Part shown: piece after piece, positions 26,601 through 36,146 of the stretch
How positions within the stretch are numbered: the first letter of the stretch is position 1
Layout: each line of letters opens with the position of its first letter
Virus record (IMG/VR): IMGVR_UViG_2718218502_000001
Location: 2,841-66,840 of that record
Direction: 5' to 3' (one strand)
From: a virus
Length of the DNA stretch: 64,000 nt
The notes under the pieces: model-generated
Database searches by the model: none
Seen by the model: only the letters and a program-made list of their open reading frames with translations
What the model was told of the DNA's origin: nothing
Translations under genes and position numbers: made by a program

Positions 26601-27665
26601 ATAATCACCAAACACGTATTTATCTTGTGTAGGATCCGTAAAAGATTCATCACCCGCAATTACACGTGCTTCTAGGTATAACTTAGGAGTGAAGCCTGTA
26701 TCTTTGATTCGGATCGTATCGCCCTCGTTAATTAGTTCATGTGCTAGTCCGAAAATACGTCCAATCGATTGTGCTTCTACTACATAAGAAACGGAAGTAT
26801 TGACTCGTTTCCTTAATTCTGTTTTCATGAGAGTCATAAGCCGCTCTGGAGTCATATCTTGGTCTGATGTTTCTGGTGTATAGAAACCAAATTTATGTTT
26901 CCCGTGCTGATTCCATCGCTGAAATGCGTCATTATCGACGATGTAAGATAGTCCTTTATTTATGCTCTCCACCGTGATAAGTTTGTCACCTTCACCTCGT
27001 ACAAAACCGACAAGTGCTGTGCAAACATCTCTAGAATGTTCAATTCTTCTAACCTCAACTAAATCTTTTCCTAGAGTTACTTCCTTGCCAGTTTCTCGAC
27101 CTCGCTTCTTTATCATATCTACGTACCAGCCAGTAATCTTGGAACCCATTACTTCGACGCGATATTGGATTTCTAACTCAAACAAAGAAGCAATTTTCTT
27201 TAAAAAAGTGAGAGGATCAATAAATTCGTCGATAGTCATAGTGTGGAATGAAGAATAATCCGTTATTCCACGTTGCCATTTTGAACCGGCAAGAGCGATA
27301 TCAATAAACGTATTAACTGTTTCGCTCTCTATACGTTGAGGTTTAATAATCCCATCTTTAGCTATTTGAACCCAGGCACCAGACGAGTGTACAGTTAGTG
27401 ATCTATCATTTGAATCTTTTTCTACTTCATTATTAATAACATACGGAACAATGCGACCATCTCGAACTTCCTTTAAAACTAAGTTCTGTTGCTGCAATGT
27501 AACTGCATGTGGAGTGCCGTCAAAAGTTTTAAATTCTAACATATCAATGTTATTTTTGATTTCCCAATGACGGTTATCAGCCCAGTAGTCCTTTGGTTGA
27601 ATAGCTGCTATAATTTGATCTGTTTTAAAATCAACAACATGAAGTAATCCGCTGGGTGTTCTCAT
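23643..27665 (-). CDS. Tail-associated (Tal/spike) protein with C-terminal intramolecular chaperone (peptidase S74-like)
   Basis: Tail endopeptidase-like N-terminus, coiled coils, GGRNLL sugar-binding insert, SARNMKENIKDI chaperone start. Confidence 0.88.
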   Translation of the reverse strand: MRTPSGLLHVVDFKTDQIIAAIQPKDYWADNRHWEIKNNIDMLEFKTFDGTPHAVTLQQQNLVLKEVRDGRIVPYVINNEVEKDSNDRSLTVHSSGAWVQIAKDGIIKPQRIESETVNTFIDIALAGSKWQRGITDYSSFHTMTIDEFIDPLTFLKKIASLFELEIQYRVEVMGSKITGWYVDMIKKRGRETGKEVTLGKDLVEVRRIEHSRDVCTALVGFVRGEGDKLITVESINKGLSYIVDNDAFQRWNQHGKHKFGFYTPETSDQDMTPERLMTLMKTELRKRVNTSVSYVVEAQSIGRIFGLAHELINEGDTIRIKDTGFTPKLYLEARVIAGDESFTDPTQDKYVFGDYRELTDPNEELKKIYNRILSKFGEKQEILDQLDKLVKDANETASNAKKESEAAKTLAEKVQENLKNNTVDIIEAKNPPTTGLKPYKTLWRDISNGKPGILKIWTGAAWESVVPDVESIKKDTLEQVNKDIESTKTELNKKVQEAQNQATGQFNEVQEGLQGVNRTISNIENKQGEIDKKVTKFEQDSNGFKTSIESLTKKDNDISNKLNTVEQTVEGTKKTISDVQQTTSELKKTTTEIEEKAGKISEKLTSVETKVNSDKAGGRNLLLKSNVKYEKTDYLINQYSLTENFFAGEEYTFVIKGSVPQGQKFGIWQNGGSSNVGYATSVYANGITYVTFKAVAATSGNERKLSLYNYPSSATKSIVEWVALYKGNKPQDWTSPPEEQVTTDEFTKKTNEITKSVDGIKETIIKVETNQSGFDKRVATVEKDATTIKQNVSLIQNTQTEQGRQLQEAKAGWENTAKALEGKVELKQVEDYVAGFKIPELKQTVNQNKQDLLDELANKLATEQFNQKMTLIDNRFTINELGINAAAKKTEVYTIEQANGQFAKDSYVRDMETRLQLTEKGVSISVKENDVIAAFNMSKENITLNANRINLKGFITASHIKGQVLEGVTLKTSGSRFVEINKQDMKIFDADTPRGYIGFMETNNGSIQPALVLGSDNRKYAGTGSFYIYQVMPRINGVDQPSKAYATFGVSKGENAEGTNIWSSYINMQNDGGHLYAYADGRLYFDNLNDIVFNSVGWAPGYGKFMVTTTEPHYFKNDYGEFRFNRKSTGNSIYFLNGVNDHDLNMGRLTIRASLVSGYDTSLQIKDTYGNGWRDIELRTLRANENVNANGQMWAKAFNPTSARNMKENIKDIPFSALDKIMNLAIKQYNFKDDMYDLYQMRVNKPEEQTEPYTTKDIETYFGMIADDTDDVFTDKEKRAINLYNTVSLFIAAFQQFYDEYKLLKEESAQSKRRIETLETNIAELKDIVQKLINEKPEQR

Positions 27666-29158
27666 CTAAAACGCTCCCTATATGTAACCTTTGCTGTTCC
27701 GATATCAGAAGGCATGATTTCTAGTATATTCATACCTTTATTAATGACAGGAAAATTACTGAAAAACTCTTTAATATTAATCGCATTCTTCCCTTCAATT
27801 GTTACATGACTATTTTCTGTATCAATTACAACTTTATCGCCAACATCCACTATATAAGGTGGTGTATTTTGATTATTTAAATTCACTTTCCAAAATTTTA
27901 AATCAGAAACTGTCATCGCTTCTACTGGTGGAACATCTTGCCACTGCATAATGCTAATCTGGATTTGAGCTGCTTTTTCCATATGCTTATTGTCTTTATC
28001 AGTCCATCTCGCAAAGCGCTCTGAATCATCCTTTTCTGTCCCTGGAAGGAATTTTGAAATATAAGCCTCCCATACATTTCCGGTCCTAGCTATCCACAAT
28101 CGACCAAAATACTGATTCCATGTATTCGGATAATCGCCGCTCTCATAGATCAAACCTGTTTTCCCCGGCTTATTATCATATCCAATGACCATTGTTCCAA
28201 AATTTTGCTCAGCTTGCCAATAAAGATCATTCATAGCAATTTTTGAAAGAATTTTGCTGTTTTCATCGAGTATCGCTATCTCAACCCGTCCCATTTCATT
28301 AATCTTTTTACTCTTACATGTAACATAGGCTTGCATAATAAAATCTTGTACTGGGCCACCAGGGATACTTTTTTTAACAGCTGCACCGTGCCATCCTTTT
28401 CCCGTTCCAGTCCCAAAATCAGAACAATAAAATTGATATTTATCTGATTTCATTTCACCAACCGGTTCCCCATCTTCCATTGAACTGACTTTACTCCATC
28501 CGACCGTAGTAGCCATTTCATCCCATAATATACGTTGATTCCTTTCTACAGGCTTTTCTACAGTTTTTAGTGGCATACCGATACGAAAATAATCTCGATC
28601 ACTTAAAGATACCCCGCCGAACCATACATCTAAAAAAGTGTTTGGCTTTGTAATATCAATTTCAATGATAGGGTTAGAATGAACTGTTCCTTTATTTTGG
28701 ATATTAGCAACTAACCCATTAACGTCTTTTTTAAATTCAACGGTTTGCTCTTTTCCTAACTTATACGGCATTGGACATATTAGTGTAATAGTTGCTTGAT
28801 GAATATTAGATTTTTCTAAAGTCTCCGCGACAGATTCTTTAATCCCGTAATACACAATATCTGGTTCGTCTGTGAAGGTAATTTTTACAGGTTCGTCTGT
28901 ATTTAATAAACCATTTAATTCATCTATCCGTTTCCTTAGTTCAAAAAGAGAGACTCCCTTAAGAGAGAAATCTACTTCTAATACTCTCTTGGGAGTCCTT
29001 TTACTTAAAAAATATGAACCTGGGCGGTGAGGTACGATTAACTCATTAATTTCGTCACTTAAAATTCCGCGACCTCTTATATCGTTAACCATAAAAAATC
29101 CTTTTTCGTATTTTTGCTCAAAGTATTCTTCTAAATTAATTTCATTAAAAACTAACAA
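27662..29158 (-). CDS. Distal tail protein (Dit)
   Basis: Follows TMP; MLVFNEI...RGRG N-terminus and YRERF end typical of Bacillus Dit. Confidence 0.85.
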   Translation of the reverse strand: MLVFNEINLEEYFEQKYEKGFFMVNDIRGRGILSDEINELIVPHRPGSYFLSKRTPKRVLEVDFSLKGVSLFELRKRIDELNGLLNTDEPVKITFTDEPDIVYYGIKESVAETLEKSNIHQATITLICPMPYKLGKEQTVEFKKDVNGLVANIQNKGTVHSNPIIEIDITKPNTFLDVWFGGVSLSDRDYFRIGMPLKTVEKPVERNQRILWDEMATTVGWSKVSSMEDGEPVGEMKSDKYQFYCSDFGTGTGKGWHGAAVKKSIPGGPVQDFIMQAYVTCKSKKINEMGRVEIAILDENSKILSKIAMNDLYWQAEQNFGTMVIGYDNKPGKTGLIYESGDYPNTWNQYFGRLWIARTGNVWEAYISKFLPGTEKDDSERFARWTDKDNKHMEKAAQIQISIMQWQDVPPVEAMTVSDLKFWKVNLNNQNTPPYIVDVGDKVVIDTENSHVTIEGKNAINIKEFFSNFPVINKGMNILEIMPSDIGTAKVTYRERFR

Positions 29159-29172
29159 TATACCGCCCTCCT

Positions 29173-32100
29173 TTAAAATACGTCTTTCCGTTTTTTTACA
29201 GCCTCTTGCTCTCCAGTAATATCATCAACGAACCTATTAAACTCTTGTCTACCAAGCTGTATATTAATATACGCAGGTTGTCTTTCACTAGCTGTAGAAT
29301 TTGAAGCAGTTCCGGCATCCGTATTTCCTGAGCTTGCTTGTGGTATAGCTGTCTGGTATGCACCAAGTCCTCTTGGCATTCCGTATACAGTCTCTACTTG
29401 TAAAGCTTCCGGTTTCATCCATTCAGTCATTTGTTCGGTTGTTCTTTGTACAGCGCCTTTCATTGCATCAATACCATTAATCCATCCTTTCATCATATTG
29501 ACACCAATGAAATCCCTGAACCAACGACTCGGTGAGTGAATCGATAAAAGTCCTGAAATTTTATCTTTAATTCCATTTCCGATGTCCGTAATTTTGTCCC
29601 AAATAGCCCCAGCCATAGAACTTATACCGTTTAAAAGCCCCTGCATCATATTTTTCCCTATGCTTCCTAAATCGATTCCGCTTAGGAATGACTTTACATT
29701 GCCAAAAATTTGAGTCACTGTGTTATAGATAGAATTTAGGATGTTAGATGTCGCTGACTTAGCCGCATTCCAAATTGAAGAAATGATGCTACCTGCTGCA
29801 TTCATAACAGATGAAATAACCGAGCCTATCCCCGAGAAAATTGAGCTTACTAGAAAACCTATCGCTGATAGAACACTAGAAAAAATAGATTTTACTAAAT
29901 TTAGCCCACCAGTCACGACCGCGGAAATTAAATTTATTGCCCCTTGGATGATATTTCCGATTAATGACATCACACTAGACGTAATGCCTTTCACCGCGTT
30001 CCACGCCCCACTCCAATCTCCTTTTAAAACTGAAGTGAAAAGCTTTATTATGTTGGTGATTATCCCAATAGCAGAGGTTATTACGCCCATAATAGCGGGG
30101 AAAACCGCCTGGACAATCGACAAAATAAATTGAATCGCCGGAATCACTACACCTTTTATTATTGTTGCTAGACCTTCAAGTATCGCAGTGGCTACGGGAA
30201 TCGCCGCTTGAATTATCGAAACTATTACCGGGAAGACCGCCTGAACGATTTGTAAAATTAAAGGAATAACCGTAGTCGCTATGATTGAGATTACCTGACC
30301 TAATAATTGAATAATCGGAATCGCAACGGAAATCGCAGCAGCAATAATCCCAGCTATTACTGGGAAGACCGCTTGTACCGCCTGGAGAATAATCGGAATT
30401 ACTGATGTCGCTATGATAGATAAAACCTCTCCAAATCCTTGAATCAGCATTCCTGCTATACTAAACACCGTCTGGATTACTTGTAAAATAATAGGGAATG
30501 CCGTTTGAAAAGCTTGAGCGAATATCGGTAAAACTGTAGATGCTAGCTCAGTAAAAATTTGAGCTACTTGTTGTATAGCCTCTGTTATCAATGGCATAAT
30601 TTCTATTGTCGTATCAGCAAACATCTGAATTAATTCAGTAATCATAGGCATTACTTCTTGTATTACTTGCCCAAAAAGTTTAAATAAATCAGACGCTAAA
30701 GGTACTACGGCTTGGATTGTTTCTCCAAACAAACGGAATAAGTCGAGTGCTATCGGTACTACAGCTTGTACTACTTCACTAAACAAACTAGCTATTGTAG
30801 AACCTAGCTCACCAAAGGCCGTACCTAGCTCAGAAAGAGCAGGTCCAAGTGTGGCGAAGCTTTCTGCTATAACTTGTCCTGTTTTCGCAAATTCAGGAGC
30901 AAGTGGTGCAAATGCTTGTGTAATCCCCTGAGCTATTGACTGAACAACCGGCAAAATCGCAGAAATCACAGAACTAAAAATCGATTGTATAGACTGCCAA
31001 GCCGACATAAACGCAGACTTCACTTGATCATTTGTATTTATCAATTTAAATATCGTAGCACCTAAAGAAGCTACAATAGCGATTACCCATCCTACGGGTC
31101 CTGAAACACCTAAAAACGATAAGCCTAAACGAACAATTAATGGTGTTAAAGTAGCTATCGTATTTCCTATTGAAGAGAAAGACATTTTTATAAAGTCAAT
31201 TACTGGAGAAAGAGCTGACCCAATTCCAGCAAATGCTGAACTAAGTCCTGATATTGCTGAACTAAATGCACCACTTATCCCCTGACCAAATTCACTAAAT
31301 TTCGATTTTATTACAGCTAACGAAACCTCTACTGCTGTTGCAAAACCAGAAAACACCTGACCCGCTTTAATTAACCCTGCCTCTAATGCTGCGCTGATTG
31401 CTGTACCCATTGCTGAAAATTTTTCCGGTATTGTCCCAAGATAAGAACCTAAAGAATCAAAAGCAAATTTCATAGCTTCAACTGCCGCTACTGTCCCACT
31501 CTTTATTGATTTCCACGCATTGTTAACAGCATTTCGAAAAGTCTCGTTATGTTTGTAAAGTTGAACTAGCGCTACCCCCACTAAGCTTAGAATCGCAATA
31601 ACCGCACCAACCGGTCCTAACAATAAAGCAAATCCGGCTCTTAATGCTGATAATGCAGCTCGAAGCATTACTGCTGCTTTTGATGTTCCCGACATCCATA
31701 GCATAAGTTTACCGATGGTGATAATCGCACCACCGATTGCATTAATAACAATACCTGCTACCGTTGCTATAACTAAAAAAGCTGTAGTAAATGCTACTAC
31801 GGAAGCAATCACCGTCTGTACAGGAGCTGGTAATTTCATAAACGCGTTTGCCAAGGTTTCAACTACTCCAGCTACGGCCATTAATGCAGGAGCTAATGCA
31901 TCAGTAAATGCACGTGCCGCAGCATCAAGAGAGGATTCCATTTTCGTCAGTGCTCCGGCCCATCCTTCAAGCATGGAGTCCGCAGCTTTTTTAGAAGCAC
32001 CGTCCGAGTTCACTAAAGATTGTGTTAAAGCATCGATCTTTTCAGGTCCTGCTGCTACAAGTGCCATCATACCTGATACAGCTTCTGTACCAAATATTGT

Positions 32101-33096
32101 TGCTAACGCCGCACCTTTTTGTGCACTTGTCATACCTTCCATTCCTGATTTCAACTCACCAATAATTTGAGACAATGGTTTCATATTACCTTGTTGATCC
32201 GTAATAGATACGCCAAGTCGTTTTAACTCATTCGCCGCTGCTTTTGGCGGTTTAACTAAACGTAGTAAAGATGCACGTAATGCTGTACCAGCGGTCTCTC
32301 CTTTAATACCGCTATTTGACATAATACCAACAGAAGCCGCTAGTTCTTCCATCGATATGCCTAATTGAGCTGCAGGACCCGCCGCATATTTAAAAGCGTA
32401 TTGCATATCCCCTACACCTGCAGCCGTTGCGTTTGCGGCTGTTGCTAGAACATCAGCAACATGTGTACTTTGACTTGCCTCCATACCAAATGAGTTTAAA
32501 GCTGACGTAATCGTATCAGCAACCATTCCCAGGTCTTCGCCTGATGCAGCCGCTGCACTCAACACACCAGGTAATGCGGACGTTGCTTGAGCCGAATCGA
32601 AACCTTTCGCACCCATTTCAGCAAAAGCCGCTGCTACCTGCCCTGTTGAATACACAGAATTCTTTGCCATATCAAGAATCGCTTTCTTTACTTGACCGTA
32701 GTCGCCTGCAGTTAAAACTGCCGCTTTACGAGTTTGTGATTCAAATTCTCGTGACTTTTGAATCATACTCCCTAAAGCAAAAGCCGACGCTGCAGCTGCA
32801 GGACCAAATGCATTTTGCATTGTTTGCCCTGTTTGCTGTACACGTCGACCCATTTCAATTGCTTGATTACCTACTTCTTGAAATCTAGCACGCCACCCTG
32901 AATAATCAGGAGGCGGTGGTGCTGGTGGCGCTGGCGGTAATGGTGGAGGTGACGGCGGTTGTGGAGCCGGTGGGATAGGAGGTGGTCTACTAATCTGTTG
33001 AAAAAATGTATTCCATGCTTGTGTAGCTTGTCCAAGGTTACTTATTAAATTAGATATGTCCGCAATCACCTGAGTTTCTACCTTGTTCTGGCTCAT
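29173..33096 (-). CDS. Tape measure protein
   Basis: 1307 aa, TP901-type core, amphipathic Ala/Ile repeats. Confidence 0.92.
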   Translation of the reverse strand: MSQNKVETQVIADISNLISNLGQATQAWNTFFQQISRPPPIPPAPQPPSPPPLPPAPPAPPPPDYSGWRARFQEVGNQAIEMGRRVQQTGQTMQNAFGPAAAASAFALGSMIQKSREFESQTRKAAVLTAGDYGQVKKAILDMAKNSVYSTGQVAAAFAEMGAKGFDSAQATSALPGVLSAAAASGEDLGMVADTITSALNSFGMEASQSTHVADVLATAANATAAGVGDMQYAFKYAAGPAAQLGISMEELAASVGIMSNSGIKGETAGTALRASLLRLVKPPKAAANELKRLGVSITDQQGNMKPLSQIIGELKSGMEGMTSAQKGAALATIFGTEAVSGMMALVAAGPEKIDALTQSLVNSDGASKKAADSMLEGWAGALTKMESSLDAAARAFTDALAPALMAVAGVVETLANAFMKLPAPVQTVIASVVAFTTAFLVIATVAGIVINAIGGAIITIGKLMLWMSGTSKAAVMLRAALSALRAGFALLLGPVGAVIAILSLVGVALVQLYKHNETFRNAVNNAWKSIKSGTVAAVEAMKFAFDSLGSYLGTIPEKFSAMGTAISAALEAGLIKAGQVFSGFATAVEVSLAVIKSKFSEFGQGISGAFSSAISGLSSAFAGIGSALSPVIDFIKMSFSSIGNTIATLTPLIVRLGLSFLGVSGPVGWVIAIVASLGATIFKLINTNDQVKSAFMSAWQSIQSIFSSVISAILPVVQSIAQGITQAFAPLAPEFAKTGQVIAESFATLGPALSELGTAFGELGSTIASLFSEVVQAVVPIALDLFRLFGETIQAVVPLASDLFKLFGQVIQEVMPMITELIQMFADTTIEIMPLITEAIQQVAQIFTELASTVLPIFAQAFQTAFPIILQVIQTVFSIAGMLIQGFGEVLSIIATSVIPIILQAVQAVFPVIAGIIAAAISVAIPIIQLLGQVISIIATTVIPLILQIVQAVFPVIVSIIQAAIPVATAILEGLATIIKGVVIPAIQFILSIVQAVFPAIMGVITSAIGIITNIIKLFTSVLKGDWSGAWNAVKGITSSVMSLIGNIIQGAINLISAVVTGGLNLVKSIFSSVLSAIGFLVSSIFSGIGSVISSVMNAAGSIISSIWNAAKSATSNILNSIYNTVTQIFGNVKSFLSGIDLGSIGKNMMQGLLNGISSMAGAIWDKITDIGNGIKDKISGLLSIHSPSRWFRDFIGVNMMKGWINGIDAMKGAVQRTTEQMTEWMKPEALQVETVYGMPRGLGAYQTAIPQASSGNTDAGTASNSTASERQPAYINIQLGRQEFNRFVDDITGEQEAVKKRKDVF

Positions 33097-33105
33097 TCAC
33101 CTCAC

Positions 33106-33438
33106 CTACCCTTCCTCTTCTTGTATTTGACTTCTAATCATCGATTCTATTTGATCAAAGAACGATTCGTTCCTTTGAATTTTTTCAGCTACTTCCTTCC
33201 GTTCATTTGCTTGTTTTTCAATATAACGAACACTTTCTGGACGTGTATATATATCTGCTAATGACTTGATTTTGTCACTTTGAGCATTTCGATTAAACAA
33301 AGCTTGTACACTTGCAAACTCGTACTTATCAAGTAGTTGTTCCTTATATCCGTTCAACATAAGGTGATATTCCTTGAGACTAATACGCCAAGATTGCAAG
33401 GTGGTCATATTAAAAAAACGAAAACACTCACCTTGCAA
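33106..33438 (-). CDS. Tail assembly chaperone, second frame (gpT-like)
   Basis: -1 frame open back to the slippery site at 33528-33534. Confidence 0.75.
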   Translation of the reverse strand: MQGECFRFFNMTTLQSWRISLKEYHLMLNGYKEQLLDKYEFASVQALFNRNAQSDKIKSLADIYTRPESVRYIEKQANERKEVAEKIQRNESFFDQIESMIRSQIQEEEG

Positions 33439-33449
33439 TTCATCAATAT

Positions 33450-33887
33450 TTATGCGTACAGGTTCTCGAACGATTTCTGTTGTTCCGCTGTCATTGTCCC
33501 TAGAAGTTTCTTCACTGTCTTCTGGAAGAAAAAACTATTTAACACAACTGCTTTGTTGTACTTTAGAATTTCATCAAGGTCTAGTTTTTCTGCATTAAAC
33601 ATATTTTCAATCTCTTTCTGTACAGCTTCATACGTGATTCCCTCATTTGTATGAATCAGTGCGTAATAAACCACATCCGTGAAATTAGTAATTCCGCCCT
33701 GCATAGTTTGAGAAACGAATTGCATTGGCCCACCGTTTTCATCTAATAACCTCAGTGCTTGTAAACAGAATTTCAGTTCTTGTTCTTTACCATTAATTAC
33801 AAAACGCGTATACGATTTTTCAGCCATAATAATTACCTCCAGGTTTTTATTCAAAATAAAAAAGCATTTAAATAAACGCTCATCCAA
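33450..33887 (-). CDS. Tail assembly chaperone (gpG-like)
   Basis: Position upstream of TMP; probable start MAEKSY after RBS GGAGG. Confidence 0.8.
   Translation of the reverse strand: MDERLFKCFFILNKNLEVIIMAEKSYTRFVINGKEQELKFCLQALRLLDENGGPMQFVSQTMQGGITNFTDVVYYALIHTNEGITYEAVQKEIENMFNAEKLDLDEILKYNKAVVLNSFFFQKTVKKLLGTMTAEQQKSFENLYA
33528..33534 (-). other. Programmed -1 ribosomal frameshift site T TTT TTC
   Basis: XXXYYYZ heptamer directly after the last -1-frame stop; the -1 frame joins ORF 33106-33438. Confidence 0.75.
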
Positions 33888-33894
33888 ATTCCTG

Positions 33895-34110
33895 TTATTT
33901 ATTTTCCGTAAATTCGTTAATAGTTTTCTCCAATAAGCTAATCATTGCTTCTCTCTTTTGCTTTGGTGTTGTATTATCTTGCATTTCATTAAATATAGGA
34001 AGTACCCTTTCTAATTTCTGTTTATCGATGCGTTCATTTACAAGATCTTGTCCTAACATTGAAATAAATGTACCAATTGCAACCGCTTGTTCTTGTTTAT
34101 CTAGTTTCAT
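33895..34110 (-). CDS. Hypothetical phage protein
   Basis: 71 aa, RBS GGAGTGAG. Confidence 0.7.
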   Translation of the reverse strand: MKLDKQEQAVAIGTFISMLGQDLVNERIDKQKLERVLPIFNEMQDNTTPKQKREAMISLLEKTINEFTENK

Positions 34111-34456
34111 TTATCTCACTCCCTTTAACTACGCGACCTTGGATTGAATCAGCTGTATGTTCGACAATAGATTTCGCTACAACTCTTCCATCTAATGAAA
34201 CCCCAACTTTACAATCCATTCCTACCGATTTACTATCGTTAATCTTCTTAATTATTTCAGATTGTTTATTTATTAATTGAACATGAGTTATATCCGCTTT
34301 CGTTGCTAATCCCTTTTCTAACATGCTAACCTTTCGACTTAATCCTTCTACACTTGCTGAAACACAATTTAACGTTTGAATTAAACCTTCATTATCTCTT
34401 TGTAGATCGTTAATTCTTTTTTCAAAATCAGCAATTATTTTCGTTATAGACTCCAT
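34097..34456 (-). CDS. Hypothetical coiled-coil protein
   Basis: 119 aa, RBS GGAGGAGG. Confidence 0.7.
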   Translation of the reverse strand: MESITKIIADFEKRINDLQRDNEGLIQTLNCVSASVEGLSRKVSMLEKGLATKADITHVQLINKQSEIIKKINDSKSVGMDCKVGVSLDGRVVAKSIVEHTADSIQGRVVKGSEINETR

Positions 34457-34479
34457 CCTTCACCCTCCTCCAAACATCC

Positions 34480-34986
34480 TTATTCAGTTCCTGGTGTAGC
34501 TACATCACCAGAAGGCGCACCTTCAGGTACTTTATTAAGCGTCCCTTTAGAAATTTTTCCATTTAATTTTAAGCCAATAGAATACTTTGAGTACTCCTCA
34601 TTTTCATGAGAAAGTTCCAAACTATTCAACATGTATGTTCCTGATTTAACTTTAAACTCAGAAGCGGTTGCACTACGTAGGTTAACTTCATGAATTCTTA
34701 CTAAAACTTTATTAAGAATTGCTTCTTCTACATAATCAAGTCCCTCGTCACCTTCAGTACAAATCCCTTCAATGCTAGCTGATTGTGTTACGTCACCGTA
34801 ATCAGATCCACTCTTATCTTTTGTTTTCAACTCGATTTCTCCAGCCTCAATTGATCGTGAACCTGACGTTTGGTTAAAAAATCGAACTGTTTTTGTAGTT
34901 TTCCCATCAGGTTGCGGAATGTCAATCAAGTAAAGCGTTTCGGCACCTTTAAACTCAGGTGCATTACTTTTTTTCACTTCTGCCAT
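34480..34986 (-). CDS. Major tail protein
   Basis: IELKTKD..GSDYG motif of TP901-type tail tube proteins; position. Confidence 0.8.
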   Translation of the reverse strand: MAEVKKSNAPEFKGAETLYLIDIPQPDGKTTKTVRFFNQTSGSRSIEAGEIELKTKDKSGSDYGDVTQSASIEGICTEGDEGLDYVEEAILNKVLVRIHEVNLRSATASEFKVKSGTYMLNSLELSHENEEYSKYSIGLKLNGKISKGTLNKVPEGAPSGDVATPGTE

Positions 34987-34999
34987 TTTTAGTCCCCCT

Positions 35000-35407
35000 C
35001 TAATTTCTGATTGTTATAGTAATAAAATTCAAATGTTTCGCTGTTAAAATCTCAACGTCTTTTTGAGACAGTGGTTCAAAATCCTTTACTTTTGCATTAA
35101 AAAAACCGATTCGTTCTGGATTCTTTTTACTTGTATCGTACAAGTCAATTGAACCCTTTTCGAATCGGTTAATTATTCTATCTTGCAAATCGTTCCTATC
35201 AAAAATTTTATCTGCATACACACCTACTTGTATCAGATGATTACGTGAGAAATTCTCCTTTGAATACCTGCTAATTGTTCCTGACAAATCCTCAATGGTA
35301 ATGAAGGGTTTGTCTTTTCCTGATACAGAAACACCATCGTATATCCATGTAGTAGGTGCAAAAACATCCAGCAATTTTTTTAATGAATACATTACATCAT
35401 TCAACAT
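35000..35407 (-). CDS. Tail terminator/completion protein (probable)
   Basis: Synteny; KPFITI, IQVGVYA. Confidence 0.65.
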   Translation of the reverse strand: MLNDVMYSLKKLLDVFAPTTWIYDGVSVSGKDKPFITIEDLSGTISRYSKENFSRNHLIQVGVYADKIFDRNDLQDRIINRFEKGSIDLYDTSKKNPERIGFFNAKVKDFEPLSQKDVEILTAKHLNFITITIRN

Positions 35408-35409
35408 AA

Positions 35410-35772
35410 TTAATGCCCCTTCGCTACACGTTGAACAGTTTTGTTTATATCCTCAACAAATGGTTGCTCACCTTCAAAAGCTGTTTTACGCATAAAACCT
35501 TTTTTTGTTTTGTGCGTAAATTCTTGTACCGCCGCGTAAATAAGAGGAGATCCATACGTACCAATAATTCTCGCACCGACTACCATCTTTACACTTGCAG
35601 GAATACTTTCAGATAAAGGACCGTGTAATATCGGTGCTCGATTAGAGGCTTGATTAGCTTGTAAGCGTGTATGTTTTTCTACCGTTTGCTCAATTGGTGT
35701 TTTGTATCTATTGGGATTATGTGCTTTTAACACATTTGATTTTCCTTTAACAACAACTCTGATTCTCATCAA
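35410..35772 (-). CDS. HK97 gp10-like tail-completion protein
   Basis: RAPILHGPLSESI, YAAVQEF...GFMRK pattern. Confidence 0.75.
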   Translation of the reverse strand: MMRIRVVVKGKSNVLKAHNPNRYKTPIEQTVEKHTRLQANQASNRAPILHGPLSESIPASVKMVVGARIIGTYGSPLIYAAVQEFTHKTKKGFMRKTAFEGEQPFVEDINKTVQRVAKGH

Positions 35773-36143
35773 ATCACCCTCTTTACAATGACCTCACGAC
35801 GATTTACGCCACCAAGCCCTCGTTCATCGATAAGTTCGATAACGTAAAAAACACCTTTACGTTCAATTTTTTCAATGTTCTCTAAGTCCACATTAAGAGG
35901 AAATGTAACAAGCGCCTCTCCTTTTTTAACATCAAGATCAGCGAACTTCGTCTTTTCCACTGACGTGAATTTCTTCCAAACTAATTGAACAGTTTCTTTT
36001 CGGGGGTCACCTTGGATTTCTTCTCCTGTAATTGGATCCTTTTCAGAAACCCCTTTAATGTATAAAATCACCGGTTCTCTACGTCCCTGCTCAATCATTT
36101 CACGATTTTCTCGAATCTCTTTAATATCATCTTCAGTAAGCAA
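35769..36143 (-). CDS. Head-tail adaptor/closure protein (probable)
   Basis: Synteny; DPITGE motif. Confidence 0.65.
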   Translation of the reverse strand: MLTEDDIKEIRENREMIEQGRREPVILYIKGVSEKDPITGEEIQGDPRKETVQLVWKKFTSVEKTKFADLDVKKGEALVTFPLNVDLENIEKIERKGVFYVIELIDERGLGGVNRREVIVKRVI

Positions 36144-36146
36144 TTG

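Noticed and set aside
29741-32888. Long + strand ORFs antisense to the tape measure gene (and similar ones opposite portal, PolA and primase)
   Set aside because: Shadow ORFs from codon bias of the real genes; no RBS or motifs
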